Program-made: the position numbers and the translations under genes
The notes under the pieces: model-generated
What the model saw: only the letters and a program-made list of their open reading frames with translations
Database searches by the model: none
Told to the model about the DNA's origin: nothing
Shown: piece after piece, positions 27,593-38,421 of the stretch
How the letters are laid out: the number at the start of each line of letters is the position of its first letter
How positions within the stretch are numbered: position 1 is the first letter of the stretch
From: an uncultured Roseburia sp.
Lineage (GTDB): Bacteria > Bacillota > Clostridia > Lachnospirales > Lachnospiraceae
Direction: 5' to 3'
Assembly: GCA_944381595.1 (NCBI GenBank)
Contig: CALWLV010000015.1
Coordinates: forward strand, 1-51,728
Length of the DNA stretch: 51,728 nucleotides

Positions 27593-30244
27593 TTATCTCT
27601 GTTTCATCACACATTTACGGATTAAATCTACCGGAATCATGGTGAATGCCAGCAGATATACCGTAATCCATCCGACGATTCCAAACGGCACGCAACTAAA
27701 CATCTTACCAATGAATTCCAATGGCGGAATCCAGGAAGCATTTACAATCGCGGCCTGAATCAGGAGAATGGCAAAAAATACTTTCAGGAAACCAGGGTTC
27801 TGGTTCAGTCCTTTGAAGATGCCAAATCCATCATCACGAACATTAAATCCGTTGAACAATGCACTTGCAATAAACAGAACAAAGTATGCACTTAAATGCT
27901 GCTCTTCTGTATCGAAGAGATTACGGAAGAACGGTGCTTTCAGATAAATAAAGCTGACTACCGTAAGCCAGAGACCCATAATCACAATCTGAGTCATCAT
28001 CTTTCTGCTGACAATACTTTCATCTCTTCTTCTTGGCGGCTCATCCATGTATTTTTCCAGTGCCGGTTCATTACCAAGCATAATTGCTCCAAGACCATCC
28101 ATAACAAGGTTTACGAATAACAAATGGGTTACCTTCAGTGGTTCTTCCACTCCAAAGAAAGGTGCAATTGCACTGACTACCACTGCTGCCACATTGATAA
28201 CAAGCTGGAATTTACAGAATTTCAGAATATTATGGTAAATGGTTCTTCCATACCAGATTGCATCTTTGATGGACTTGAAATTATCGTCAAGGATAACGAT
28301 TTTACCTGCCTCCTTGGCAGCTTCTGTACCGCTACCCATGGCAAAGCCCACATCTGCTCTCTTTAAGGCCGGAGAATCATTTACACCATCACCGGTCATA
28401 CCAACCACAAGGTTCAGTTCCTGACAGAGTCTTACCATTCTGGATTTATCCGTAGGAAGTGCTCTTGCAATGACGCGGATTCTCGGAATAATCTCCTTGA
28501 CTTCCTCATCACTCATCTCATTTAACTGAGCAGAGGAAATTGCCATATCTGATTCTGACTTTAACAAACCTGCATCTTTTGCAATGGCTACAGCTGTCTC
28601 CAAACGGTCACCGGTAATCATAACAACCTGAATTCCGGCTTTCTGTACTTCCTGAATTGCTTCTTTTGCCTCAGCACGAACATCATCACGAATTCCTACA
28701 AGACCGATGATAACCACATCATCATTGATGGAATCCAATACCATCTCCTTTTCGGAATAACCAAATGCCAGTACACGCATGGCTTTCTCTGCCAATGCAT
28801 CGATTTTCTTATTTAAAACATCCATATCAATGGTTTTTAATTCGCCATTTCCATCCAGATACTTGGTTGCTTTCGCCAGAAGTCTTTCCGGTGCACCTTT
28901 ATAAAAGGTTTTTCCAAGGCTGGCAATTCTTGCCTGACTGAATTTATTCGCGGAATTAAATCCCTGAGAATCGGTAATAACACACTCTTTGTTATTCTCC
29001 AAAGCATGGAATGCCTCTGCTCCCATGAATTTCATCATGGCCTGGTCAGTAATATTTCCACCAATTACCTTACCGGAAGCATCAAACATGGACTGAGTAT
29101 TCTTACCAATCGCCAGATCCACCAGCCCCTTGATTTTGCTATGTTTGCTTAATTCATTTAATGGGATTACATTGGCATCTGCGGTAAAGAATTCAACTAC
29201 TTCCAGTTTTCCTTTTGTGATGGTACCAGTCTTATCACTGAACAGGATATTTAAAGAACCTGCTGTTTCAATTCCTTCTGCTTTTCTGACCAATACATTA
29301 TGATCAAGCATCTTACTGGTATTCTGCATCAGTACCAGGGAAATCATAAGAGGCAGACCTTCCGGAACGGCACAAACAATAATTACAACTGCAAGCGTCA
29401 CTGCTTCTACCACTTTCTGAATCACTTCAGGAACTCCCAGTGCAAAGAACTCAGTAACTCCTCCTGCATTGACAACAAAGTAAATCAGATATAAGACAGC
29501 AATGGCAATCGCACCGATATAACCTAATTTTGATATCTGACCGGCCAGCTTGGCTAATTTTACTTTCAGAGGAGAATCCGGTTCATCTTCCTGCATTTCC
29601 TCTGCCATCTTACCCATCATGGTTTTAAGTCCGACTTTTCTTACATCTAAGATACCTTCACCGTCAAATACAACGGCTCCTCGGAACAGAGAGTGTTTAT
29701 CCACAAAGGTATCACCTGTGATATCATCTGCCAGCTGGAAACTGATATCCGCTTCTGTTTTCTTACACTCCTCGGCTTCACCGTTTAATGCAGAGTTATC
29801 TACGGTCATGTGTCCTGAAACCAGAACTCCGTCTGCCGGAATCTTATCACCGGACTGCAGCAGCACCTTATCGCCTACTACTACATCATCTACATCGATA
29901 ACCGTTACCACACCATTCCGGTGTACCTTACATTGATCTTTCTTTGTACTGTCTTTCAGTTCCCGGTATTTGGTATCACTTGCCACACCGGTTTTTGCTG
30001 AAACAAATGCCACAATCAATACAGCGATGATTGTTCCGAGCGGTTCATAAATCTCTGCATATCCGAAGAAGAACATGACAATCATCAATACTGCAATGGC
30101 AAGCAGAATTTTAATCATCGGATCCTTGAAAGTCTCCTTAAACTCTTGCCAGAACGTGGTAGGTTCCGAGTCAGGAATTTCGTTCGAACCATACTTTTTC
30201 CGGGATTCTTCGACCTCTTTGTCCGTTAGCCCATTAAAATTCAT
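27593..30244 (-). CDS. calcium-translocating P-type ATPase (PMCA-like)
   Basis: AVPEGLP, FSDKTGT, KGAPE, MITGD, TGDGVNDSPALK, LFVNLVMD. Confidence 0.9.
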   Translation of the reverse strand: MNFNGLTDKEVEESRKKYGSNEIPDSEPTTFWQEFKETFKDPMIKILLAIAVLMIVMFFFGYAEIYEPLGTIIAVLIVAFVSAKTGVASDTKYRELKDSTKKDQCKVHRNGVVTVIDVDDVVVGDKVLLQSGDKIPADGVLVSGHMTVDNSALNGEAEECKKTEADISFQLADDITGDTFVDKHSLFRGAVVFDGEGILDVRKVGLKTMMGKMAEEMQEDEPDSPLKVKLAKLAGQISKLGYIGAIAIAVLYLIYFVVNAGGVTEFFALGVPEVIQKVVEAVTLAVVIIVCAVPEGLPLMISLVLMQNTSKMLDHNVLVRKAEGIETAGSLNILFSDKTGTITKGKLEVVEFFTADANVIPLNELSKHSKIKGLVDLAIGKNTQSMFDASGKVIGGNITDQAMMKFMGAEAFHALENNKECVITDSQGFNSANKFSQARIASLGKTFYKGAPERLLAKATKYLDGNGELKTIDMDVLNKKIDALAEKAMRVLAFGYSEKEMVLDSINDDVVIIGLVGIRDDVRAEAKEAIQEVQKAGIQVVMITGDRLETAVAIAKDAGLLKSESDMAISSAQLNEMSDEEVKEIIPRIRVIARALPTDKSRMVRLCQELNLVVGMTGDGVNDSPALKRADVGFAMGSGTEAAKEAGKIVILDDNFKSIKDAIWYGRTIYHNILKFCKFQLVINVAAVVVSAIAPFFGVEEPLKVTHLLFVNLVMDGLGAIMLGNEPALEKYMDEPPRRRDESIVSRKMMTQIVIMGLWLTVVSFIYLKAPFFRNLFDTEEQHLSAYFVLFIASALFNGFNVRDDGFGIFKGLNQNPGFLKVFFAILLIQAAIVNASWIPPLEFIGKMFSCVPFGIVGWITVYLLAFTMIPVDLIRKCVMKQR

Positions 30245-30272
30245 AGTAATCCTCCTAATTCATATCACTTAT

Positions 30273-30863
30273 TTATACATATCGGTTTACAAGTTCGCCA
30301 AGTCCCGGGTCATTTGTTCCCTGTCCAATGGCATTGAATTTCCATTCACCGTTATGTCTGTACACTTCACCGAAGATCATAGCTGTCATGCCTGAATAAT
30401 CCTCAGTCAGATTGTATCTGCACACTTCTGTGTTATTTCTGGCATCTACAATACGGATAAATGCATTCTGAATCATTCCAAAATGCTGATTTCTCTGTAC
30501 GGCCTGATAGATATTAACCACCAGAACAATACGGTCAAACTCAGCCGGCACATTGGCAAGATCTACCATAATCTGTTCATCATCCCCATCTCCTGCTCCA
30601 GTCAGGTTATCTCCCATATGCTGAATCGTTCCCGATGGATGTCTCAAATTCCCAAAATATACGATATCTGCCTTATTTACTAATTTTCCATTACTCAGTA
30701 CCAAGGCTGAAGCATCACAGTCAACCGGCTGTGGCTTTGGTGCAAACAATCCTTTTCTCTCTCTCTTTACTTCATCCCAGCCAAGTCCGATAATGACTTT
30801 GGATAATCCTGCATTGTCTTTTGACAAACTTACTTTTTGTCCTTTTTGTAAACTTACTGACAT
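30273..30863 (-). CDS. TerD family protein
   Basis: [34 protein letters not shown]. Start MSVSLQ at 30863. Confidence 0.93.
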   Translation of the reverse strand: MSVSLQKGQKVSLSKDNAGLSKVIIGLGWDEVKRERKGLFAPKPQPVDCDASALVLSNGKLVNKADIVYFGNLRHPSGTIQHMGDNLTGAGDGDDEQIMVDLANVPAEFDRIVLVVNIYQAVQRNQHFGMIQNAFIRIVDARNNTEVCRYNLTEDYSGMTAMIFGEVYRHNGEWKFNAIGQGTNDPGLGELVNRYV

Positions 30864-30883
30864 ATTCCTCATCCTCCCTGTGC

Positions 30884-31465
30884 TTATTCTACATCAACAC
30901 CATAATTTGCACACAGTGCAGCCAAACCGCCCTGATATCCGCTTCCGATAGCATTGAATTTCCATTCTCCGTTATGTTTGTACAATTCTCCGAAGACTGC
31001 CGCTGTCTCAATTGAGAAATCCTCTCCCAGATCATAGCGGAGCATCTCTTCTCCGGTTGCTTCATTATAAATACGAATGAATGCATTGTTTACCTGGCCA
31101 AAATTCTGTCTTCTTGTCTCTGCATCATAAATCGTTACCGTAAATGCAATTCTGGTCAGATTCTCCGGAACCAGTGACAAGTCAATTTTAATCTGCTCAT
31201 CATCTCCATCTCCTGCTCCAGTCAGGTTATCTCCCATATGTTCTGCACATCCGCTTGGATGTTTCAGATTTCCATAGAAGACAAAATCTTCGGATCTTGA
31301 TACTTTTCCGCTGTCTGTTAAGAAGAATGCAGCAGTATCCAGATCAAATGCTGTACCGGTATCGAACTGGTTTACATCCCAGCCAAGTCCTACTACCACT
31401 TTTGTTAATCCCGGGTTTCCTTTCGTAAGACTTACTTTTTGTCCTTTTTGCAAACTTACTGGCAT
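30884..31465 (-). CDS. TerD family protein
   Basis: [32 protein letters not shown]. Confidence 0.93.
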   Translation of the reverse strand: MPVSLQKGQKVSLTKGNPGLTKVVVGLGWDVNQFDTGTAFDLDTAAFFLTDSGKVSRSEDFVFYGNLKHPSGCAEHMGDNLTGAGDGDDEQIKIDLSLVPENLTRIAFTVTIYDAETRRQNFGQVNNAFIRIYNEATGEEMLRYDLGEDFSIETAAVFGELYKHNGEWKFNAIGSGYQGGLAALCANYGVDVE

Positions 31466-31478
31466 ATCTCTTTCCTCC

Positions 31479-32060
31479 TTATGCTACCTGAATTCCATAA
31501 TGTCCACAGAGTGCTGCAAGTCCGCCCTGGAATCCGCTTCCAATGGCATTAAACTTCCATTCTCCATTATGTTTGTATAATTCGCCTACTACTACAGCTG
31601 TTTCAATGGAGAAATCTTCTCCTAAATCGTAGCGAATTAATTCTGTATTTGTAGCCTCATCCACAATACGGATAAAGGCATTGGACACCTGACCAAAATT
31701 CTGTCTTCTTGTCTCTGCGTCATAAATCGTTACCGTAAATGCAATTCTTGTTACATTGGCAGGGATTTTTGTCAAATCGACTTCAATCTGCTCATCATCC
31801 CCATCACCCTCTCCGGTAAGATTATCTCCCATATGAATTACGGATTCACTTGGATGCTGTAAATTTCCATAGAATACAAATTCCTTCTCGGTTGGGCAAA
31901 TTCCTCTCTCGTCCAACATAAACACTGCTGCATCCAAATCAAAATCTGCTCCGGAATCAAATACATTTACGTCCCATCCAAGTCCTACCATAATTTTTTT
32001 CAGTCCCGGATTTCCTTTTGTCAAATCTACTTTCTGACCTTTTGTTAAATTAATCGGCAT
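31479..32060 (-). CDS. TerD family protein
   Basis: [32 protein letters not shown]. Confidence 0.93.
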   Translation of the reverse strand: MPINLTKGQKVDLTKGNPGLKKIMVGLGWDVNVFDSGADFDLDAAVFMLDERGICPTEKEFVFYGNLQHPSESVIHMGDNLTGEGDGDDEQIEVDLTKIPANVTRIAFTVTIYDAETRRQNFGQVSNAFIRIVDEATNTELIRYDLGEDFSIETAVVVGELYKHNGEWKFNAIGSGFQGGLAALCGHYGIQVA

Positions 32061-32079
32061 AGTTTTTTCTCCCTCCTGC

Positions 32080-33219
32080 TCATTTTTTCTCCGGCATATG
32101 ATAAAGACGATTGAAATCAGCTTTGATGTTCTCCAGTCTCACCTGATCTTCCTCTCGTTTTTTCTTTGCATCTGCCTGAATCTGTCTGGTTTCCTCAATA
32201 CCGTTGACAATCGTCTTCCATGTTGTTTCCAGTGTCTCTATCTTAATAGAACTTCCGGATGCCAGCCTTGCTGTCATCTTTGACTGTTCCACGGTATTCT
32301 GTGCATTTTTAATCAGCATTTCATTTGTTTTCTCATCCAATGCAGACATCGCTTCTGCCTGAATCTTCTGTCGTTTTAACATAATTGCCTGTGCCAGTGC
32401 CTGTTTAAATACCGGCAATGTAACGATAAATGCTGAATTAATCTTTCGAACCAGATTCATATTGCTATATTCCATGGTCTTGAGCATAGGAATGGACTGC
32501 ATTGCCACACTTTCTGCTGTTCTCAGATCCTGAGTACGCTGCTCCAGCATCATAAGAGCCTGATTTAAGGACTGGATTTCAAACTGAATGGAATTGTCTC
32601 CGCTGGCCTCCATATCTGCCTGTCTCTGGGCAATGTATGCTTCAATCTCGCGGCATCCCTGTTCTCCTGCCAGAATATACTTCACCAGCTGATGATAATA
32701 ATTCACATTGGACTGAAACATATCCTCCAGTTTCCGATTGGACTGTTTGATTTCCGATTCGTACTGTTTCAACTGTACGTAAATCTTATCCACTTCTTCT
32801 CCCATGGTATGGTACTTGGCTAATATCTTATCCAGCTGCTTTCTCATATTTCCAAAGAGTTTCCCCAAAAATCCCGGATTCTCCTTAATTTCATCAATAT
32901 CAAATTTCGACATAATTTTAGCCAATGTATTCAGCATCTCGCTGGAATCATCCAGCTGAGACATATTCATGCTATTTAATACCACATCGGAGCATTTGGA
33001 AATCTCTTCCGCTGCCTCTGCACCAAAAGATACGATGGTATCCAGATTATGTACTTCTATCTGACTGACCAGTGCGTCAACCTCCGACGAATTGGTCAAT
33101 TCCGTATTCATCTGCTGTCTGTCTGCCACAATATCATATTGCTGCACCACTTCCGGCTCCTGTACTGCCGGTACTGCTGATGTCTGTGCCGTTACTGTTT
33201 TGCTAAAATCTAATCCCAT
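32080..33219 (-). CDS. toxic anion resistance protein (TelA/YceH-like)
   Basis: Coiled-coil; [30 protein letters not shown]; sits between yceG-like and terD genes. Confidence 0.88.
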   Translation of the reverse strand: MGLDFSKTVTAQTSAVPAVQEPEVVQQYDIVADRQQMNTELTNSSEVDALVSQIEVHNLDTIVSFGAEAAEEISKCSDVVLNSMNMSQLDDSSEMLNTLAKIMSKFDIDEIKENPGFLGKLFGNMRKQLDKILAKYHTMGEEVDKIYVQLKQYESEIKQSNRKLEDMFQSNVNYYHQLVKYILAGEQGCREIEAYIAQRQADMEASGDNSIQFEIQSLNQALMMLEQRTQDLRTAESVAMQSIPMLKTMEYSNMNLVRKINSAFIVTLPVFKQALAQAIMLKRQKIQAEAMSALDEKTNEMLIKNAQNTVEQSKMTARLASGSSIKIETLETTWKTIVNGIEETRQIQADAKKKREEDQVRLENIKADFNRLYHMPEKK

Positions 33220-33257
33220 ATGGTTCCTCCATTTCTCTTAAATCTTTGCCCTGCATT

Positions 33258-35513
33258 TCATCTTCTAAACATTTTTTTTCTCCATGACTGGAATGTATTT
33301 GATGACCGTAAGTCCGGTACTGTCAAATCATAAACATACTCCCCTGCCTGATGCTCAATCAGAACGTTTTTCCGGAAATGAGTCTCCACATTCTGATAAC
33401 CGGTAGGAACAAAAAATACCACGTCAAATCCTGCAAGATTCAGGAATGCTGCAAGGATGCTGTCCTCCAGCGATATCATCTGTTCTTTTGTATTAATATA
33501 AATCAGCTTTGGATTCTTCTTTGTAAAATCAAACTTCTGTATGAGACGTAATATTTCTTTTGGAAGATTCAAAACCGTTGCCACTATGGTATATTCCGTT
33601 CCATTCTGAAAGGTTCCTTCAATGGTTTTCTGCTGAATCAACAAGTCCAGTTTATCCAAAATATGATTCTGAACTTCCTCTCTCAGATATCCGTACTGAT
33701 ATGCCCTATGTCTCTTAATGGTTTCTTTCATCAGTCTTCCATTCTTATAAAATTCTGTCACATATGGCTTCACCGGATTCTCATCCGTACCGGACAAAAA
33801 TGGAGCTTTCGTCACTAAATAAGTATCTTCCGTCACCAGCGTACGAATCTGTTCCCAGTACTGGGCTGTCTTACCTTCCTTCACTCCCGATACCTTTGCA
33901 AAAATCACCGGAATATTTACCACATCACCGGTTATGCTGAAATTCGGTCTGTATTTCAATTCCTGGTCCCACAAAATCTCTATTTCTTCATATATCGTCT
34001 GCAAAGTCACCGATACAGCCTGGGAATACTGCTGATTACGATATACTCCGGAATCCTGGTACATCAGAGTATCCAGTTCTCTCTCTGCATGATATGCCGC
34101 CGTTCCCATTTGAATATCCGTATTCTCTCTTGGGAACTTGGAAACAACAAGACTTTCTGTTTCATGTTTCTCATACAGCCATTTGTCTTGCAGACAGCAG
34201 GTGTCATTCAAGTCCGGCATCAAAATCAGTACATCCACCGGCAATGCGGATAAAAACTTCAGAAACATTGCTTCATTTTCATTCTTACACCCTCCCAGGT
34301 GAATAAAGCAGCTGATTTGCGGATATTTCCATCCGGCAAATAACGCTCCCTCATATCGTTTCATCCAACAAAGCAGATACACAGCCTTATTCATCAATTT
34401 GTTTAAATTCATGCCCGGCTCTTTCTCCGCCTCTGCCAGCACATCAATGAAGCTTTTAATCATCAGTCTTTGCAGCTGTTCTCCTTCTGCAATTCGAATA
34501 TTCGCAGACAAATCCATCAGCATCTGATCCCGATTCTTATAGTTATTCCTGCGAATGGCATTGATTTCCTCCATGGAAGGCGCCATAATCTCCCCTTCCA
34601 CAATCACAAATTTTCTCCCGGCCGTTTTTAACTCATGCTGGAATTGATATAACTCATTTAAATAAGTCAATTTATCCGGTACGCCGATAATCCGCATAAA
34701 TGCATTATAAAAAAATTCTTTCTCCGCCCCTCTTGTCTGTGCCGGTTTCAAAATCTCTTCCAGTCCTCTGCCTTCCAACCAGGCATTGGTACATGGATGA
34801 ATCTGTGGTGAAGGGCCATACAATCTCTGTAAATTCTGCTGTTCTTCCATTTCCTTTCGAATTCCTGCCAGATGGAATCCTTCCGGGAATCCCTTCTGAC
34901 CTCCTTCATAGGGCAGGGAGATTTCTGACTTCGGATCCAGTTTCAGGTACTCACTGTCTCCCTGATACTCCAAAAGTACTACATCACACCCGGCATGGGC
35001 CAGAATGGAAATCAGCTTTAATTCATAATTACTGATATTTCCTTCATACAAAATCTTCGGAATTTTACTTTCACCCAACCGGTTTGTCACACGTTCAAAT
35101 TTATAATATAGCCAGCACATAAACTTTATGTAAGCATTCTTCAGCATATTTTCTGTTTTTCCTTCGCGGTGCATGGCAATCAGTACGTCATAAACAGCCT
35201 CTGCTACCACCTGACACTGATAATCTGTCATCCTTGGAAGCCACCGTTTGAGGCTTGCCTGCATCCATCTCACATCCATGTGGAATTCCATTCCCATCAT
35301 TTCATTATAATAAGCAAGATTTTTCTCATCCGGATTTGGAATCTTTCCTTCTATCACGACTCCTGTTCTTCTTGCTTCCTCATAATACCGGATAATAAAA
35401 TTCCGGACCTCTTCATCATATGAAAAAATCCGGTAAAAAAAGACACACTTCTCCCGACGACTGTTCAATTCGGTAAAATATTCATCTAATCTTTGAAGTG
35501 CTTTATGTTTCAT
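33258..35513 (-). CDS. YceG-family Ter-cluster protein (internally repeated YceG_bac)
   Basis: Repeated KILYEG...L...GCDVV, F...LPVDVLIL and FLNLAGFDVVFFVPTGY motifs; position upstream of telA. Confidence 0.75.
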   Translation of the reverse strand: MKHKALQRLDEYFTELNSRREKCVFFYRIFSYDEEVRNFIIRYYEEARRTGVVIEGKIPNPDEKNLAYYNEMMGMEFHMDVRWMQASLKRWLPRMTDYQCQVVAEAVYDVLIAMHREGKTENMLKNAYIKFMCWLYYKFERVTNRLGESKIPKILYEGNISNYELKLISILAHAGCDVVLLEYQGDSEYLKLDPKSEISLPYEGGQKGFPEGFHLAGIRKEMEEQQNLQRLYGPSPQIHPCTNAWLEGRGLEEILKPAQTRGAEKEFFYNAFMRIIGVPDKLTYLNELYQFQHELKTAGRKFVIVEGEIMAPSMEEINAIRRNNYKNRDQMLMDLSANIRIAEGEQLQRLMIKSFIDVLAEAEKEPGMNLNKLMNKAVYLLCWMKRYEGALFAGWKYPQISCFIHLGGCKNENEAMFLKFLSALPVDVLILMPDLNDTCCLQDKWLYEKHETESLVVSKFPRENTDIQMGTAAYHAERELDTLMYQDSGVYRNQQYSQAVSVTLQTIYEEIEILWDQELKYRPNFSITGDVVNIPVIFAKVSGVKEGKTAQYWEQIRTLVTEDTYLVTKAPFLSGTDENPVKPYVTEFYKNGRLMKETIKRHRAYQYGYLREEVQNHILDKLDLLIQQKTIEGTFQNGTEYTIVATVLNLPKEILRLIQKFDFTKKNPKLIYINTKEQMISLEDSILAAFLNLAGFDVVFFVPTGYQNVETHFRKNVLIEHQAGEYVYDLTVPDLRSSNTFQSWRKKMFRR

Positions 35514-35533
35514 ATTTTCTATCCTGCCTTATA

Positions 35534-36127
35534 TTAATGTCTGTGCCTTCCTCTGCCATTCATGGCAAATCCCAATGCAGCCCCTGTAATTCCGCCGATA
35601 ATATGGCTGAGATTTGCTATATTATCTCTGATAAAAATACCATCATATATCTGCTGCCCAATATAAATCACTGCCACCAGTATAAAGGTAAGTGGAATGC
35701 TTCCATCACTCATTCGGGTAATCGAAGATAAAAGAATCAATGCAAATACCACCCCACTGGCTCCAAGCATCTGTGTCTGCGGAAATAAAATATAATTCGC
35801 AACTCCCGTAATAACCGCAGTAAAGAAAATAACCGCAATCATATTTCCGGAACCGTATTTTTCTTCCAAAAGCGGACCAACAATCAAAATCAACATGATA
35901 TTTCCCATGAAATGATCCCATCCTGCATGTCCAAACACATGCCCGACAAAACGCAGATATGTAAATGGATCTAACAGGGAAGAATGATACTCGCTGAATA
36001 ACAGATTCGTGGTCATGCCATTCGTCAAATCACCCAGTATCAATGCAATAAAACAAACCAGGGTAAATGCCAGTATCACTGGTGAATTGAATGATATTTT
36101 CAGCTGCGGTCTTCTATTAACTGCCAT
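35534..36127 (-). CDS. rhomboid-family intramembrane serine protease
   Basis: HAGWDHFMGN, GASG (catalytic Ser), NLSHIIGG (catalytic His); about 6 TMs. Confidence 0.88.
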   Translation of the reverse strand: MAVNRRPQLKISFNSPVILAFTLVCFIALILGDLTNGMTTNLLFSEYHSSLLDPFTYLRFVGHVFGHAGWDHFMGNIMLILIVGPLLEEKYGSGNMIAVIFFTAVITGVANYILFPQTQMLGASGVVFALILLSSITRMSDGSIPLTFILVAVIYIGQQIYDGIFIRDNIANLSHIIGGITGAALGFAMNGRGRHRH

Positions 36128-36165
36128 TTTCCTCCCCTTCCAAAAACATTCTAAAAAGTATTTGT

Positions 36166-36194
36166 ATTATAACATTTCATTCCTTAATATTCAA
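36166..36194 (-). promoter_or_regulatory. sigma-A promoter heading the rhomboid-to-HAD operon
   Basis: TTGAAT-17-TATAAT with extended TG. Confidence 0.7.
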
Positions 36195-36220
36195 GCACAT
36201 CATAATAATTTAATAAAATG

Positions 36221-37429
36221 CTATCTTTTATAAAATCCCCTGATAAACTGGTTGATTTCCTCATATCCCACTGCAAGATTGAGGTTTTGTCCCTCATCAA
36301 ATCCCGCTGTGCTAATGCCGATGACCTCTCCATACATATTCAGCACTGCACCTCCTGAACTTCCATGAGAGGTAGGTGCCGTAAACTGTATCATATGCAC
36401 ATCTCTGATGTTACGAAAACCGGAAATAATTCCATCTGAAACAGAATTAAACAATCCCAACGGACTTCCAATTGCAACTACCTTCTGTCCTCGCACCAGA
36501 GGTTTTTCTCCCTGATAAAAGGAAACAGGCTGCAATCTTCTATTGATACGGATAATTGCAAGATCCAGAAACTGATTATATTTAATCACTTCCTCAGCCT
36601 GGTAAACCATATCGTCATTCTCCACCCGCACGGAATAGCTATAACCGCCACTGGCGACATGATGATTGGTCAGAATATATCCATCCGTGCTGATCATAAT
36701 TCCGGAACCGCCTCCGATTACTTCCCCATTTTGATCATGTATATGAATCATAACTACGGCAGAGGCCAGAGAAGCCAGTTCCTCCATGCTCAATTCTCTC
36801 TTTTTTTGACTGTTCCTGGTTCGTTCATCCCTCTCCGGTCTCCTTACCTGAACCACCACCGGCTGACGTCTCTGTGGATATACAGGCACCTTACCTTCGC
36901 ACTCCAGTACCAGCACATGTATGCCAAGGAACGTAAGAAACTCACAGAAAAGAATTTCCTGCTTTTTCAAAATTCCGGTACAAACCAATTTCCCGGCGCC
37001 TTTCTCCAGAAATATTCCTGCAAGCATATCCAGCCAGAAAAATACCTTGACCAAAAAGTTTCGCTCCATGGATACACTGGAACCGGAAGTTACACTTCGA
37101 AATCGCTCCAGAATAAGTGGAATTGCCTGTCCTATCCGTTTCTCCATCTCCGGAAGAATCGAAGATTTAATCTGCAGCCTTTTTTCAGATTCCCATTTCT
37201 CCTCTGCTTTCCGATAAAATTCAATCACCTTTGCATCCATCATTTGAGGAAATTCTGAAACTCTTGTATATCCTCCCTCTCCCTGATACATTTTCTGTAC
37301 CAGAATATCGTCCAGCTCAGTAATTCCCTCTGCTATCCTGTTCCATTCACCCTTCTGCTGCAGAAATTCTCCTTTTCCTATTCCTGCAGGATATAAATTC
37401 AAAAAGCGTTCTATTTCTTTTGTATCCAT
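36221..37429 (-). CDS. trypsin-like (HtrA-type, no PDZ) serine protease with YceG-like N-terminal domain
   Basis: Triad motifs LTNHHV, DLAII, HGSSGG. The N-terminal NFLVKVFFWL...KLVCTG...EILF..FL..LGIHVLVL segment parallels repeats in the neighbouring YceG protein. Start at 37429 after GGAGG. Confidence 0.8.
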   Translation of the reverse strand: MDTKEIERFLNLYPAGIGKGEFLQQKGEWNRIAEGITELDDILVQKMYQGEGGYTRVSEFPQMMDAKVIEFYRKAEEKWESEKRLQIKSSILPEMEKRIGQAIPLILERFRSVTSGSSVSMERNFLVKVFFWLDMLAGIFLEKGAGKLVCTGILKKQEILFCEFLTFLGIHVLVLECEGKVPVYPQRRQPVVVQVRRPERDERTRNSQKKRELSMEELASLASAVVMIHIHDQNGEVIGGGSGIMISTDGYILTNHHVASGGYSYSVRVENDDMVYQAEEVIKYNQFLDLAIIRINRRLQPVSFYQGEKPLVRGQKVVAIGSPLGLFNSVSDGIISGFRNIRDVHMIQFTAPTSHGSSGGAVLNMYGEVIGISTAGFDEGQNLNLAVGYEEINQFIRGFYKR

Positions 37430-37441
37430 ATGCTCCTCCAC

Positions 37442-38275
37442 TTAAAACAACAATCCCAGCATACCCAGGACAAAACCAATCAATGCACCCAGATAAACAA
37501 TGGCATTTAATTCTTTTTTCATAAGCTGCAATAACAGTTTCTCCATCTCTTCGATATCCATGGCATTGATTTTCTCCTCCACCATATCTGCAATATTAAT
37601 GTGATTTAAAATCTGTTCGCAGTTTGCTCCTACAATTTCCCGGTATTTATTGTCTATCACACGCTCTGCCTGTTCCCGCTCCACACCATATTTTACAAGA
37701 ATATCGGAAACCGGCATATCTGCCATCTCTGCAATTTCCTGATTGATGGCATTCTGAATCACTTCTCTTCCTTCCTTTTGCAGATAGCTTTCCACCCATT
37801 CCCCAATTTGTTCCGATATCTCCTGAATCATATTTTTTCCTATGAATTTGCCAATAAAATTTCCTGCCATCTTTGTCTGGACATAATTCATGATTTGCTG
37901 CGTGACCACATTCTTTACGTTCATCTTCAGCACAATATCTGCTACCATACTTCCTACTGATGACTCGCTTTCCTCCGTCGCCGGAACATTCACACGATAA
38001 TTCAGAATCCCGGTTCTGATCGCCTCCACGGTACTGTCATCGGTCAAAACCTTGATGATATCATCTTTTTCCAACAGATGATTGCTGATTACCTGTCCAA
38101 CGGCTCTTGCAATATCCTTCCTCCGTTTGGGAATCATCCCCGGCGTAAACGGCAGTTTCCATCCAAACAGACGAATCTCCCGGAAAGGCCAAAACAACAT
38201 CTTAATTGCGATATAATTTGTGAAACAGCCAATGACTGCCCCCAGTACAGGCTGTAATATCCACTGAAGTTCCAT
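37442..38275 (-). CDS. DUF445 family membrane-anchored protein
   Basis: GAVIGCFTNYIAIKMLFWP, PGMIPKRR and C-terminal KELNAIVYLGALIGF. Start MELQW at 38275. Confidence 0.85.
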   Translation of the reverse strand: MELQWILQPVLGAVIGCFTNYIAIKMLFWPFREIRLFGWKLPFTPGMIPKRRKDIARAVGQVISNHLLEKDDIIKVLTDDSTVEAIRTGILNYRVNVPATEESESSVGSMVADIVLKMNVKNVVTQQIMNYVQTKMAGNFIGKFIGKNMIQEISEQIGEWVESYLQKEGREVIQNAINQEIAEMADMPVSDILVKYGVEREQAERVIDNKYREIVGANCEQILNHINIADMVEEKINAMDIEEMEKLLLQLMKKELNAIVYLGALIGFVLGMLGLLF

Positions 38276-38421
38276 AATCATCCCTTGCTTTCCAAATTTT
38301 TTATCATTGTAACATATTCCCATAAATTTAACTACCATTTTTTACCGGCCAGTGCTATAATTTATACATTATTTATTTTTTTCAATTTGAAATTTAATTA
38401 AGAAAGGGAGTATCTGTTTTT

